From: Planctomycetota bacterium
GTDB taxonomy: Bacteria > Planctomycetota > UBA8108 > SXIK01
Length of the DNA stretch: 64,000 nucleotides
Direction of reading: 5' to 3'
Assembly (NCBI GenBank): GCA_965223265.1
Contig: OZ244999.1
Location: 2,784,001 to 2,848,000 of the forward strand
Position 1 is the first letter of the stretch. Each line of letters opens with the position of its first letter. This document shows positions 48,490-59,526 of this stretch, piece after piece. The notes under the pieces are model-generated. The model was not told the DNA's origin and did no database searches. It saw only the letters and a list, made by a program, of their open reading frames with translations. The position numbers and the translations under genes are program-made.

Positions 48490-48801
48490 ACGGGCTTCTG
48501 CCCGACGATCCGAGTCGGTCTTGATACTGGCGGTGGGAGAGCTTCGCGCCGTGGCCCACCCCCGGTAACACAGCACTGGAGCACGGATTTCGTGCAGCCG
48601 CGGCAAACAGCGAGTGGGGCCTTCGAGCTCGAACGAAGTGTCTCACTGGCGCAGAAGGTTCCAAGAGGCGGTGGAGTCGCGGCTAACTGGCGGTGCGCCG
48701 CCGGCGCAAAATGGCCAAACTCGAGGCGATACGCTATTCTTCCCGTTGGTCGTACTATGAACAGTACGTAAGGCGGCGATCGCATTGGTCCAGGAGCTTT
48801 C

Positions 48802-49413
48802 ATGTTCATCGCGCTTGAGGGCGGCGACGGTTGTGGGAAGAGCACGCAGGCTGAACTTCTTGCCGCGCATCTTCGCAGCGCCGGGCGTTCCGTCCTCGCG
48901 GTCCGCGAGCCAGGTGGCACGAAGCTCGGCGAGCAGCTGCGCTCGCTTCTTCTTGATGGCTGCGGCGAGGAGTTGTCACCCGTTACGGAGACGTATCTAT
49001 TCATGGCGGCGCGAGCTCACCTTGTCGAGCAGCGCATTCGACCAGCGCTCGAAGCCGGGGAGATCGTCATTTCCGATCGATTCTGGTGGTCAACTGCAGC
49101 CTACCAGGGTGCGTCTGCAGGCCTCGAGCCGGAAGAGATCCTGAACCTCGGCCTCCTCGCGGTCAAAGGTGCGACCGTGAACGAAACGATCCTGCTCGAT
49201 CTCGATCCTCGCGTTGCCTTGCATCGCGCTGCCGGTGCCGACCGTATGGAGAGGCGAGGCGTCGAGTTTCAGCAGCAGGTGCGCCGCAACTTCTTACTGC
49301 TCGCAGAGCGTTTTCCGCAGGGCGTTCATGTCATCGATGCGAAGGGCTCAGTTGATGAAGTTCACCGGCGAGTCCTCGCGAGTCTTGACGTCGTGTCCCC
49401 GGGGAGTTGCTGA
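48802..49413 (+). CDS. tmk: Thymidylate kinase
   Basis: FIALEGGDGCGKSTQ, REPGGT and SDRF..ST.AYQG. Confidence 0.95.
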   Translation: MFIALEGGDGCGKSTQAELLAAHLRSAGRSVLAVREPGGTKLGEQLRSLLLDGCGEELSPVTETYLFMAARAHLVEQRIRPALEAGEIVISDRFWWSTAAYQGASAGLEPEEILNLGLLAVKGATVNETILLDLDPRVALHRAAGADRMERRGVEFQQQVRRNFLLLAERFPQGVHVIDAKGSVDEVHRRVLASLDVVSPGSC

Positions 49414-49414
49414 C

Positions 49415-50257
49415 GTGGTTGCGTTTCTACCGCACTGCGAGGGGCACATGTTTGCGCGCGAGTATTTCGAGAAAGTTCTCGATCGTGGGCGGCTAGCGCA
49501 TGCGTATCTTCTTTGGGGAGATGTTACCGACGCAGGCGTGCGCTTCGCGATCGAGTTCGCCAAAGCGATCCACTGTGGGAGTGGCCGACCATGTGGCGAG
49601 TGCGCCACGTGCCGCGCCATTGAGCACGACAACTATCCGGCGGTTAACACATTCGGGCTGGCGGAAGGAAAATCAAAAGTAGATATCGACACCGTGCGAC
49701 AGCTCTGCGAGCGTCTTTACGTGCAGAGCGACCGAACGAAAGTTGCGATTCTTAGTGATGCGGACCGTCTTACCGAGCCGGCAGCGAGCGCGCTTCTCAA
49801 AACGCTGGAAGAACCACCAGAGCGATCGCTTCTCCTTCTGATCTCACGTTCGACGGGTACGCTTCTTGAGACGATCGTGTCGCGCTGCCACCGTGTGCCT
49901 CTGACCTCCTCTGAGAGTCGCGAGGTGGAGGAGGGCGTCGACGACGAGATACTCGGTCTCGTCATGCAGCGGGGTTTTTTTGCACGAAACGATCCGAAGG
50001 AATGGCTTGCTGCTCTTTTCCCGGACGGCACCCACCGCGAGAAGGTGCGGAGTTTGACTAATATTCTTCTCGTGCGCTGCCACCGCGAACTCGACACCGC
50101 GGATGAGACGAGTCTCGACCGGATCCTTCGCGCCATGGACGTTTTGTGTGAACTCGCCGAGGCCTGGGACGGCAACGTCCACGCCGACTTGATCCTCGAG
50201 CGATTGCTGGCCGAGCTCCGGCAGGGAGCGCGGCGCTACCACGAAGCTGCTCGCTGA
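49415..50257 (+). CDS. holB: DNA polymerase III delta' subunit
   Basis: RLAHAYLL, PCGEC.TC, ALLKTLEEPP and TIVSRC; follows tmk. Start approximate. Confidence 0.9.
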   Translation: MVAFLPHCEGHMFAREYFEKVLDRGRLAHAYLLWGDVTDAGVRFAIEFAKAIHCGSGRPCGECATCRAIEHDNYPAVNTFGLAEGKSKVDIDTVRQLCERLYVQSDRTKVAILSDADRLTEPAASALLKTLEEPPERSLLLLISRSTGTLLETIVSRCHRVPLTSSESREVEEGVDDEILGLVMQRGFFARNDPKEWLAALFPDGTHREKVRSLTNILLVRCHRELDTADETSLDRILRAMDVLCELAEAWDGNVHADLILERLLAELRQGARRYHEAAR

Positions 50258-50359
50258 CCGGGGCCTATCGGGCTCCTGGTTGACCAGGCGGTGAGCTGGA
50301 GTTGTCCACCCGCGCCGGACGGTCGTTTGGAAGGTGGTGTTGTCGCCCGCCCCGGGCGG

Positions 50360-50526
50360 TTAACAGCCCGTTGAAAAAGTCATTCGGCTGAGAAACCGGC
50401 CTCTTCACGCCCAGATCAGCCGCGGCGAGCCTCGAGAATCTCGGAGATTACCTGCGTTCGCCGCGGCTGATCTGGACGCGAAGCGACCAGTTTTCAGCTC
50501 GAAGCGCTTTTTCAACAGGCTGTTAA
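50360..50526. mobile_element. Hairpin MITE (~159 bp) flanked by TTAA
   Basis: TTAA-CAGCCCGTTGAAAAAG ... CTTTTTCAACAGGCTG-TTAA; the interior is also palindromic (CCAGATCAGCCGCGGCGA/TCGCCGCGGCTGATCTGG). Confidence 0.75.
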
Positions 50527-50806
50527 GGGCTGCCGTCCTCGCCTCCCCACTCAGCCCTTCTTCATGCCTTCGTGATCGCGCGGGGCCCCTTCCGGGAGAG
50601 TATTGGGCCGTTCGATTCAAATCGATCCCCTGCTGCTTTCCATAGCCTTTTCTGACGGGGTGAGTTGCATGGATCGGAGCACAAAGGACTCAATTTTTTA
50701 CCGCCGCCGTCCGAACTATCCGGATGAGAGTCGACGCCAGTGGCGCGCGCTGTTGCGCCTCCGGCGTTTGCCGTTCAGCAACTGCGTTTCAAGCGGATCG
50801 CTACCT

Positions 50807-51247
50807 ATGACCGCAGCCGAAAAATTCCGACGCCTGCTTGCAGACGACAGTCGCTATAGCGCCGAGACGTATAACTTCGTCTACGAGGCCCTCGACTGGA
50901 CCTTGAAGAACGTTGTCTCCGACGACGACCGCGAAAGTCAGCACGTCACCGGGCCCGAGCTCCTCGAGGGCATCCGCCAGTGCGCCGTGGCCCAGTTCGG
51001 GTGTCTCGCTCGAACGGTGCTGGAGAGTTGGGGCGTAAGCTCGACGGACGACTTCGGCGAGGTCGTCTTCAATCTGGTCGAGTACGATCTCATGGGGGCC
51101 CAGGAGACGGATCGCCGTGAGGACTTCCACGGCCTCTACGACTTCGAAGAAGCCTTCGATCTCGTACCTCAGTTCTCCTACTCTGCCGACACGGACGAGT
51201 GGGACACCGACTACGTGGTGCGCGCCAACGAGCCGCTCGACGCTTGA
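50807..51247 (+). CDS. Minf_1886-family (PVC-restricted) protein
   Basis: D.RY...Y.FV.EAL, HVTGPELLEGIR..A..QFG.LA..VL..WG and DFGEVVFNLV. Confidence 0.88.
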   Translation: MTAAEKFRRLLADDSRYSAETYNFVYEALDWTLKNVVSDDDRESQHVTGPELLEGIRQCAVAQFGCLARTVLESWGVSSTDDFGEVVFNLVEYDLMGAQETDRREDFHGLYDFEEAFDLVPQFSYSADTDEWDTDYVVRANEPLDA

Positions 51248-51368
51248 GTTCACATGCTCACGTGGAACTTCCCGTGCGGCGCCGCACCGGCGACTTGACG
51301 ACGGTCGCATTCACCGGGGAAACGGCCGGGGAGAGTCGTTCGACTTGCGACGGCTTCGCCTCGTGCGC

Positions 51369-53753
51369 CTACTCTTTCTCGTTCGTCGCTTCGTCGTTTG
51401 TTCCCGGCTCGGGTGCGGCATCGGACGCCTCGCCGGCGTCGCCCGCACCTTCCTCGACCCACGCGCCCAGGTCACGGTACTCCTCAAACGTCGATGCGTC
51501 GTCACCGCGCAGGTTCAAAACTTCGAGCAGCGCCGCCTGGAGCTGTCGGTCTTCGAGGTAATCGGAGGCAAACTCATGCTTCGCTGCGTCCTCCAGCGCT
51601 CGTCGCACGAGTTGCCTGACCACTAACCGCACATCGTCCCGCGGCAGCGTGGTGTTGAGCGCAGCGTAGAGCTCCTCGAAGCGTGGGTAGTTGTCGAAGC
51701 TACGGGCTTCTTTGCGATGGTAGGAGTCTTCGAGCTGCTCTCTGTGTTTGTGGACGTACGTCAGGAGCTCGTTGGATGACTGTAGCTCATCGATCAACTC
51801 CGCGCGCCACGCTTCGATGCTCCTCGAGGCCACCCGAATGTCCGGTTCAATGCCGCCGCGTGTGACAATGTTTCCTCGCTCGTCCGTAAGATTGTGGATC
51901 AGCCGGCCGAGAGGGAGAAAGTAGTACTTCACGGTGAGGCGCAGTTTCGCGATGCCGCCGAGCGTCGCAGCCGAGCGATTGGACAGCTCGACGACTTCCT
52001 GCACGGTGCCCTTGCCGTAGGAACGCTCGCCGATCAGCGTCGCGCGTTGAAAGTCCTGGAGAGAACCGGCGACAATTTCGGAAGCGCTGGCACTTTCGCC
52101 GTTGATCAGGACGACCATCGGATAAGGAGGTCGTTCGGCGTCGTCGGCTGGCGTGCTTGATTCGCCACCGTCGCGCCCCTTTTGGCTGATGATCGGCAGA
52201 CTGCCGCTGACGAATTGGTCCGCAATGTTGATGGCGCCGCTGGCGCGTCCACCATGATTGCCCCGCAGATCGAGGACGAGGCCAGTCATCCCGTCTTCTT
52301 CGAGCTCGTCGACCGCAGCGGTGAATTCGCGTGCGGTGCGATCTCCGAAGCGTGTCACCCGCGTGTAGCCAATCTTGCCAGGAAGCATCTGCGAGTAGAT
52401 CGTCGGAACTTCGACGCGCCCTCGACGAACGGTGTATTCGGTGTGGCTCGTCTCGCCGACACGCTGAACCGTCAGGCGGATCTCACTGCCCGCGGGGCCC
52501 TTCAGTTTCTCTACGACAACGCTGAGCTCGAGAGGTGCGGTCTCCACGTCGTCAATCTTGACGACCAAGTCGCTCGAACGGACACCGGCGGCGAAAGCCG
52601 GCCCGCCATGTAGAACCTTGCGGATCTCGAGTGGGAACCCCGGTCTCTTGTTGACGTGCGCACCGATTCCAGAGTACTCGCCGGCCATGGACTGGCCGAA
52701 GTCTCGTGTCTCTTCGACGGTCATGAAAGCTGAGAACGGGTCTAGGCTGCCCACCATACCCTTGATGGCAGCGGTGATCAGATCCTTGCGTTTAACTTTC
52801 GTTTCGTCGACGTACTTTTCCTGCACTGTGCGCAGAACTTCCTCGAGGATGGCGGTGTGAGCGTCGAGTGTGATCGACTCGGCGCGTCCTGAATTCGTCG
52901 GCCCACCTTCGGTTGCCGCTGCGAGCTGCGCCTCGAGCTCCTCGATGCGCTGTTTGCGGATTTGCAGCAGTTTCGTCGGATTGACGCCTTCGAGGAGGAT
53001 CTCGCCACTGTCGAGTTTGCGGTCGAGTTGGCGCGAGAGCTCCTGCACCTTGCCGAGGATTGCCGCGCGGCGACCCTGCTCGCTCGGTTCGGTTTCGAGC
53101 TCTTGAAGGATCGTACGCACTTCGCCTTCGAAGTAGCCCATCTGCGCCAGCGTCAGCGCCGCTTCACGCCGGACGCGGAAGTCCTTAAGCTTCAGAAGCA
53201 CGAGGAGCTTTTCACGTCCCGCCGTACTGCGGTTGAGTTCCCAGAGAGCTTCGGCGGCGCGGATCACGGTCATTGGATCCTTTGCGGTCGCGAGCGTCTC
53301 TTCGAGCACTGGTTCCGCTTGATCGATCTCGCCGTAGAGGCCGTAGAGCTGCAGCGCGGCAAGTCTCACTTCTCGATCTCGTGCTTCGCGCGCAAGACCG
53401 TCGAGCGTGCTGGAGGCAATCGTGAGATCCGAGTCGCTGATGGTTTCGTCGTCCAGCTCGAGGAGGATCTTAGCGCAGGCAAGTCGTGCTCGTTCGCCGA
53501 CCGTGCCGATGGCGTCGCGAAGCGGCTGGATCGCGGCGGTTCCGAGTGACTGCAATCTCGACACTCCGGCCCAGTATTGATCGCCCGAGCGTTTTTCGAG
53601 TTGACCGAGAAGCGCTTGGATCTGCGCTGGAGTGCTTTCTTGGCTGGGGACTGGAGACGCCACCGCGGCCGCGGCGAACATGGCAAGAAACGCGACGAGG
53701 TGGGTCCACCTCGACCGGCGCCTCACGAGTGTCTGACGCGGGGTGCTAGTCAT
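51369..53753 (-). CDS. S41 C-terminal processing protease with HEAT-like N-terminus and PDZ domain
   Basis: LDPFS, YSGIG, LDLRGNHGG, SASASEI and GERSYGKG. Confidence 0.92.
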   Translation of the reverse strand: MTSTPRQTLVRRRSRWTHLVAFLAMFAAAAVASPVPSQESTPAQIQALLGQLEKRSGDQYWAGVSRLQSLGTAAIQPLRDAIGTVGERARLACAKILLELDDETISDSDLTIASSTLDGLAREARDREVRLAALQLYGLYGEIDQAEPVLEETLATAKDPMTVIRAAEALWELNRSTAGREKLLVLLKLKDFRVRREAALTLAQMGYFEGEVRTILQELETEPSEQGRRAAILGKVQELSRQLDRKLDSGEILLEGVNPTKLLQIRKQRIEELEAQLAAATEGGPTNSGRAESITLDAHTAILEEVLRTVQEKYVDETKVKRKDLITAAIKGMVGSLDPFSAFMTVEETRDFGQSMAGEYSGIGAHVNKRPGFPLEIRKVLHGGPAFAAGVRSSDLVVKIDDVETAPLELSVVVEKLKGPAGSEIRLTVQRVGETSHTEYTVRRGRVEVPTIYSQMLPGKIGYTRVTRFGDRTAREFTAAVDELEEDGMTGLVLDLRGNHGGRASGAINIADQFVSGSLPIISQKGRDGGESSTPADDAERPPYPMVVLINGESASASEIVAGSLQDFQRATLIGERSYGKGTVQEVVELSNRSAATLGGIAKLRLTVKYYFLPLGRLIHNLTDERGNIVTRGGIEPDIRVASRSIEAWRAELIDELQSSNELLTYVHKHREQLEDSYHRKEARSFDNYPRFEELYAALNTTLPRDDVRLVVRQLVRRALEDAAKHEFASDYLEDRQLQAALLEVLNLRGDDASTFEEYRDLGAWVEEGAGDAGEASDAAPEPGTNDEATNEKE

Positions 53754-54099
53754 GAAAAGTGCGGTCTCCTGGGTTGCGCGCGGGCACATTTCTTTCTTTA
53801 TCGGCAAAGTCAGCTCGAATGTCCGCAACAAAGCGGCGTACTTCCGTGGGCGGACTCCCAACAGGCCGAACGGCTCCTGCCAAGACTGCCAGAGCTTCTC
53901 GCGGGGAAAAAAGGGTACTGAACCATTTTACTGGGAGGTGTCAAGCCGCGGCACTAAACTGAGGGAACCTACTCGCTGGGCGCAGAGCGCCGGGCGTCGC
54001 GCTGGCCGCGCTGCCGATCTGACGTGGCCGCGCTTTCTGACGATCGTTCTCTTTGATCGTCGGTTTCCTTAACTTATTCCCTAACAGTGAGTAGAGACA

Positions 54100-55799
54100 T
54101 GTCTCAGGACGATGAAAGAGGGGCTGAGGGGGACTCGGCCACAGCTTCCCGCCCGCAGCCGCAGCCGCCAGGAGCGGCGGTGTGCGACGCGACTGCGGCG
54201 GGAGTCACTCCCGCGACGGCGAGCGCTGGAAACATGGTACGGCTTCGCGGCGGAGACTTTTTCGGACTCGAAGGCCGCATGGTCGAGGTACAGGTCGACG
54301 TCTCGACGCGTGGACAACCGGCGGTCACGATCGTCGGCCTCGCCGGCAAGTCGATTCGCGAGAGCCGCGAACGCATTTGGGCCGGAATCAAGAACTCAGG
54401 CTTTTCGTTTCCCTTCAAAAAACGCATTCTCATCAACCTGGCCCCGACCGCGCAGCACAAAGATGGAGCTGGATTCGATCTGGCCATCGCCGTGGGGATT
54501 CTCCTGGCGGATCGCCAGGTTGCGCCCGGCGATGGCTGGATGTCGCCGCCGGGGCTGCTCAGTTGCGTTGGCGTCATCGGGGAGCTCGGGCTTGAAGGCG
54601 AGCTCCGCGCCGTGCCGGGGGCACTGCTCGTCGCCGACGGTTTGGTGCGGGCCGGCGTGCGCCTGATGATCGTGCCACAAGAAAATGCCGCCGAAGTACG
54701 GTTGGTGCGGGACATCGAGGTTGTCGCGGCATCGCGGCTGCGCGAAGTTCTGGACCTTGTGTCGCAACCTCTGGAGGCGGTGCTGCGGCAGGCCCGCAGC
54801 GGCGACGGCGAACGCCAGCTCGCCGCTGCGCCGGCTGACCCGAGCGTTGACTTCGAGGAGGTGCGCGGCCAAGAAGCGACGAAGCGTGCTCTCCTGATTG
54901 CAAGCGCTGGTGTTCACAACGTTCTTCTCTGCGGGCCGCCGGGAGCAGGGAAAACGATGCTGGCGCGGCGACTGCCTTCTATTCAGCCGCCGCCGGGGTA
55001 CGAGGAAGCCCTTGAGATGACCCGCATCCAGAGCGCGTGCGGCGGCGTAGCGTGTTCGGCACTCGTCTCCGAGCGACCGTTTCGCAGTCCCCATCACACG
55101 ATCAGCTACGCAGGGCTCGTCGGCGGCGGTTCGCTGCCGCAGCCTGGTGAGGTGAGTCGGGCGCATGGGGGTGTCCTATTCCTCGACGAGTTCGCTGAAT
55201 TCAGCCGCCGTTCCCTCGAGTCGCTCCGTGAGCCGCTCGAGGAGGGGATGATCAGGATCGGCCGATGCAGCGGCTGCGTCACTTTTCCGGCCCGGTTTCT
55301 GCTCGTCGCCGCCATGAATCCTTGCCCGTGCGGGTACTACGGCTCGGAGAGGCGAGATTGCTCGTGTTCGCGGCAGGCGGTGGTGCGCTACGCGCAGCGT
55401 ATCTCCGGGCCGCTGCTCGACCGCTTCGACCTGTTCGTCGGCGTCCGCCCCGTCGATCCGGGGGCGCTCTTGAGCTCCGGGCGGAGTGGTCTCAGCACGT
55501 CCGCCATGCGCGATGTCGTGGCTCGCGCCCGGAAGATCCAGGAGCGCCGCTGGGGAGGTGGTGTGGTCAACGGGCGCGTACCGTTTCCGCGGCTACTCAA
55601 GCGCGGGGGGGCGACATCGTCGGCTCTTGAGACACTGGCGGCAGCCGCGACGCAGTGGCAGCTGTCGGCTCGCGGTTACTCCCGCGCACTCCGAGTGGCG
55701 CGTACGGTTGCTGATCTTGCCGGACGTGACGAGTTGCTGCCGGAAGACGTCCACGAGGCGTTTCACTTTCGCGAGTGGCGGGGCGCCCGTCAGAGTTGA
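54100..55799 (+). CDS. comM: YifB/ComM Mg-chelatase-like AAA ATPase
   Basis: RESRERI, INLAP..K.G..FDLAIA, GPPGAGKT, RPFRSPHHT and AAMNPCPCG. Start uncertain. Confidence 0.92.
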
Positions 55800-56099
55800 A
55801 ATGCAGTTTTTTTCTCACCGCTGCAGTATACTGAGGGACTTCATCGCGCGTCGGGTGAGCCCCAGGACGGCCGGCGCACAGCGAGCTTCGCGGCCGTAGG
55901 TCGTGCTATTTTCGATGATGAGTTGATTCGGAGCGACGCTGCAAGCGGGTAAAGCAGGCGGAGGCAAGCAGGTGAACGATGATCTTCGGTGTTTCGAAAC
56001 CTGAGTTTGTGATCGTCGCGGCGGTCGGCTTTTTCCTCTTCGGGGTGCCACTCATGGCCCTCGCAACGGCTTATATCAGACGCTGGAAGGAGACACGAG

Positions 56100-57104
56100 A
56101 TGAGTAGTGCGCGGGTGGCGGTCGTAGGTGCGACCGGCGCCGTTGGTCAAGAGATGCTGAACGTACTCGAAACGCGGGATTTTCCCGTGGCCGAGTTGAT
56201 CCCTCTCGCTTCGCCAAGATCGCAGGGTCGCACCGTGCGATTCAAAGGTGAGGAAGTTCCCGTCAGTGTGCTCGGCCGCGATTCATTCAAGCGCATAGAT
56301 CTCGCACTCTTTTCGGCTGGCGGTGGCACGTCGAAGGAATATGCTCCTGTCGCGGTCGATGCTGGCGCGCTCGTTGTCGACAATTCGTCGGCGTTTCGTT
56401 ACGACCCAGAGATACCGCTCGTGGTGCCGGAGGTGAACGCGGCAGCGATCAACGGCCATGGCGGAATCATCGCCAACCCCAATTGCACGACGATCATCAT
56501 GGTCGTGGCGATCGCGCCGATTCATCGTCTGTCGCCGATTCAGCGACTCGTCGCGTCAACCTACCAGGCGGCTTCGGGCGCCGGCGCGAAGGGGATGGAC
56601 GCGCTGTCGCGCGAGCTCGGGGGGGAGATCGGCCCTGACGGGCGCGCCGTGGATTCGCCGTTTCCTCATCGACTTGCCGGCAACGTGATCCCGCGCATCG
56701 ATTCAGTGCAGGAGAACGGTTACACGCGCGAGGAGATGAAGATGGTGTGGGAGACCACCAAAATCATGGGGCTCAACGACGTGCCGATCAGCGCCACGTG
56801 TGTGCGAATTCCCGTCGAACGCGCTCACTCTGAGTCGATTCAAGTGACGACTGAGGCGCCTCTCGAGCTCGACACGATCAGAGCGGCGTTGGCTGCGGCG
56901 GACGGGGTTTCCGTGCTGGATGCACCGGGCGAGGACGTGTACCCAACCCCGCTGAGCGTTAGTGGTGCCGATGACGTAATCGTCGGGCGGCTGCGACGGC
57001 ATCCCAACGACCCCTCGACGTACGATCTTTGGGTGGTCGGCGACCAAATTCGCAAGGGCGCCGCGTTGAATGCCGTTCAGATCGCTGAGTGTGTCTTTGG
57101 CTGA
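56100..57104 (+). CDS. asd: Aspartate-semialdehyde dehydrogenase
   Basis: AVVGATGAVG, DNSSAFR, NPNCTT and KGAALNAVQIAE. Confidence 0.97.
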   Translation: MSSARVAVVGATGAVGQEMLNVLETRDFPVAELIPLASPRSQGRTVRFKGEEVPVSVLGRDSFKRIDLALFSAGGGTSKEYAPVAVDAGALVVDNSSAFRYDPEIPLVVPEVNAAAINGHGGIIANPNCTTIIMVVAIAPIHRLSPIQRLVASTYQAASGAGAKGMDALSRELGGEIGPDGRAVDSPFPHRLAGNVIPRIDSVQENGYTREEMKMVWETTKIMGLNDVPISATCVRIPVERAHSESIQVTTEAPLELDTIRAALAAADGVSVLDAPGEDVYPTPLSVSGADDVIVGRLRRHPNDPSTYDLWVVGDQIRKGAALNAVQIAECVFG

Positions 57105-57975
57105 AACTCACGCCCCAGCGCGCCGCCTGAAACTAACTCTTGCCTACGACGGTACCGAGTTCCACGGTTGGCAGAGGCAAGACGGCGTGCGGACCGTGCA
57201 GGGAGAGCTGGAGACCGCGCTGCGCGTCGTGCTGGACCGCCAGCAGATCGAAGTGGTGGGCGCCAGCCGCACGGACCAGGGCGTTCATGCCTGGGGGCAG
57301 GTGAGTTCCTTCGCCCTGTCGCACCCGATTCCATGCGCGCGTCTGGCTCGCGCCATGAACGGGCGGCTGCCGCCGGACGTCCGCGTCCGCCACGTCGAGG
57401 AGGTCGACCACGACTTCAGCGCTCGCTTCTCAGCGATCGGCAAGCACTACTTGTACCGGATCGACTGGCGTGCAGAGATCGATCCGTTTTCGCGGCGCTT
57501 CGTCGCTCACGTGCCTTTGAAGCTCGATGTCGAGCGTATGCGCCTGGCCGCGGAGCGTTTCGTTGGCGAGTATGATTTTGCGCCGTTGAGCTGCGTCTCG
57601 GGGCAGCCGGTGCGGACGACCGTACGGAGAATATACGCCTCGGGCGTCGAGGCCGAAGAGCATCGCATCGATGTTCACGTCTTTGGCAGCCATTTTCTCT
57701 ATAAGATGGTGCGAAGAATGGTGGGGACACTGATCGAGGTCGGACGCGGCCGCATGGCGCCCGAAGACATCACCGCTCTCTTAGCGCCAAACCGCCGTCC
57801 AGCGGCAGCGGGTCCGACCGCGCCCCCCGAAGGTCTTTTCCTCGTAAAGGTTTACTACACCGGTGACGACCTCGATGCGGATGTCTTAGCGAGGCGCCAG
57901 GGGAGTACTTCTGGTCGCCCAGCCGAGAGCTTTGCCCGTGACCTGCGTCCGCCGATCGAAACCCGCCCGGATTGA
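57097..57975 (+). CDS. truA: tRNA pseudouridine(38-40) synthase
   Basis: AYDGTEFHGWQ, SRTDQGVHA, FLYKMVR and TAPPEGL. Start approximate. Confidence 0.95.
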   Translation: MAETHAPARRLKLTLAYDGTEFHGWQRQDGVRTVQGELETALRVVLDRQQIEVVGASRTDQGVHAWGQVSSFALSHPIPCARLARAMNGRLPPDVRVRHVEEVDHDFSARFSAIGKHYLYRIDWRAEIDPFSRRFVAHVPLKLDVERMRLAAERFVGEYDFAPLSCVSGQPVRTTVRRIYASGVEAEEHRIDVHVFGSHFLYKMVRRMVGTLIEVGRGRMAPEDITALLAPNRRPAAAGPTAPPEGLFLVKVYYTGDDLDADVLARRQGSTSGRPAESFARDLRPPIETRPD

Positions 57976-58233
57976 CTGCGAGGGTCGGCGCTGTTATACT
58001 GCCCGCACTAAGTGCTTTCAGGAATTTATTTTAACAGCTCGTTGGGAAATCGTGCGGCTGCAGTCGACTCCCCCTCAAATTGAGCTCGATCCGCTTCAAA
58101 GCAGGCCCCACTTGTCAGCGAAAAGGCGTGGCACGCAGGGTTGGCGGTGGTGCTGCGGGGAGTCGGGCGTTCGGCTTCAGCACGCCGTCTGCGGGCAACT
58201 GAGACTGGGTTCTCATTGAAGGAGCACCGTCCT

Positions 58234-58629
58234 ATGGCAACGATCGTCATCAAGGGCAGGCATGCTCAGCTCACGTCTCGCCAGCGCGAGCATGTCGAAG
58301 AGAAGCTCGAGAAGCTTCAGCGTTATTTTGGCGGGATTTCGCGCATCGAGGCCATCGTCGACGGCGCCGGGGAAGAGGCGGAGGTCGAGCTCGTGATTTC
58401 GGTGCCGAAGGGAAATCCCATTGTCTGCCACGCTAAATCGCGCGAGCTGTACGCAGCCGTGGACGTGGCGGTGTCGAAGGCGGAAACCGGGCTCACGCGC
58501 CTGAAAGAGAAGAAGCGGGACCATCGCGCTCAGAAGGCGCCTCCGGCAAATCCGGTGGAAGCGGTGGAAGCCGAAGAGCTCGAGAGTTACGAGGAGATCG
58601 TCGACCGCACAGACTTTTCCTCTCAGTAG
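58234..58629 (+). CDS. hpf: Ribosome hibernation promoting factor / RaiA
   Basis: I.IKGRH..LT...EHVEEKLEKL.RYF and LYAAVD; AAGGAG RBS. Confidence 0.9.
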   Translation: MATIVIKGRHAQLTSRQREHVEEKLEKLQRYFGGISRIEAIVDGAGEEAEVELVISVPKGNPIVCHAKSRELYAAVDVAVSKAETGLTRLKEKKRDHRAQKAPPANPVEAVEAEELESYEEIVDRTDFSSQ

Positions 58630-59037
58630 CTACGAAAGGTGTTTTCTAGGTGAAAGCTGGGTCTCTCTTGCCCAGGTCGGCATCGCCAGGTCCGCAAGTA
58701 GCCGTCGCTGTTGAACTGAGCGTGCATGCCGCGCTGCGCGATGGACACTCTCACTTTCGAAATCGTGCTCGAGGGCTAAAGGCGCGCTTGGCGCACGCGT
58801 TTTCGACGACAGGCGGGGCGGAACGTTTAGAGTGTGAGCGAGTGATGTTTCCCCATCTTTCCCCTAACCTCGAGCGTGGCCGTTTCGCGCCGCCCTGGCG
58901 GCTCGCGTTCGCCGCGATTCATAAGCCATTGGGAGTCTTTTCGGAGCGGGGCTGTGGGGGTGTGGTTGGCCCGGGTGCGGAGACGCCCCGTTGCCGTTTT
59001 CCAGTCCCTGTTTGACGTGTCGGTATCGTCTTCGCGC

Positions 59038-59526
59038 ATGAACGAAAAAGAAGTTTCTTTGGTCGCGACGTTTCCCTCCGATCGCGTGATCGTCGATTTG
59101 CAAGCACGCGAGAAGAAAGCGGCAATCCGCGAGATTCTGCAGTCGCTTGTCGAGTTTGGGGCCTTAAAGGACGACGGAGCGAAGAAGGCTGAAAAGGCGA
59201 TTTTGAAGCGCGAGTTGGTTGGCTCGACCGCGATCGGAAAGGGCCTCGCGATTCCCCACGCCAAAGACTGTTCCTTTGTGGATGGTTTGGTTGGAATCTT
59301 TGCGCGCTCGAAGTCAGGTTTGCCCTTCGACGCCCACGACGGTGCGCTCGTCCATGTGATTTTCTTGGTGCTCTCGCCGGCGAATATGGCCGCCCAACAT
59401 CTTGATCTGATCAAGCGAGTCGCGTCACTTCACAAGGATGAGAAAACACTACGGTATCTTGCTTCGGACGAGAAACTAAAGAGCCTCGAGGCCATCTTTA
59501 AGGAAGTCGATGAGCAGTTCAGTTGA
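59038..59526 (+). CDS. ptsN: PTS EIIA (Ntr/fructose-type)
   Basis: RE..GSTAIGKGLAIPHAK and FDA.DG..V..IF. Confidence 0.9.
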   Translation: MNEKEVSLVATFPSDRVIVDLQAREKKAAIREILQSLVEFGALKDDGAKKAEKAILKRELVGSTAIGKGLAIPHAKDCSFVDGLVGIFARSKSGLPFDAHDGALVHVIFLVLSPANMAAQHLDLIKRVASLHKDEKTLRYLASDEKLKSLEAIFKEVDEQFS

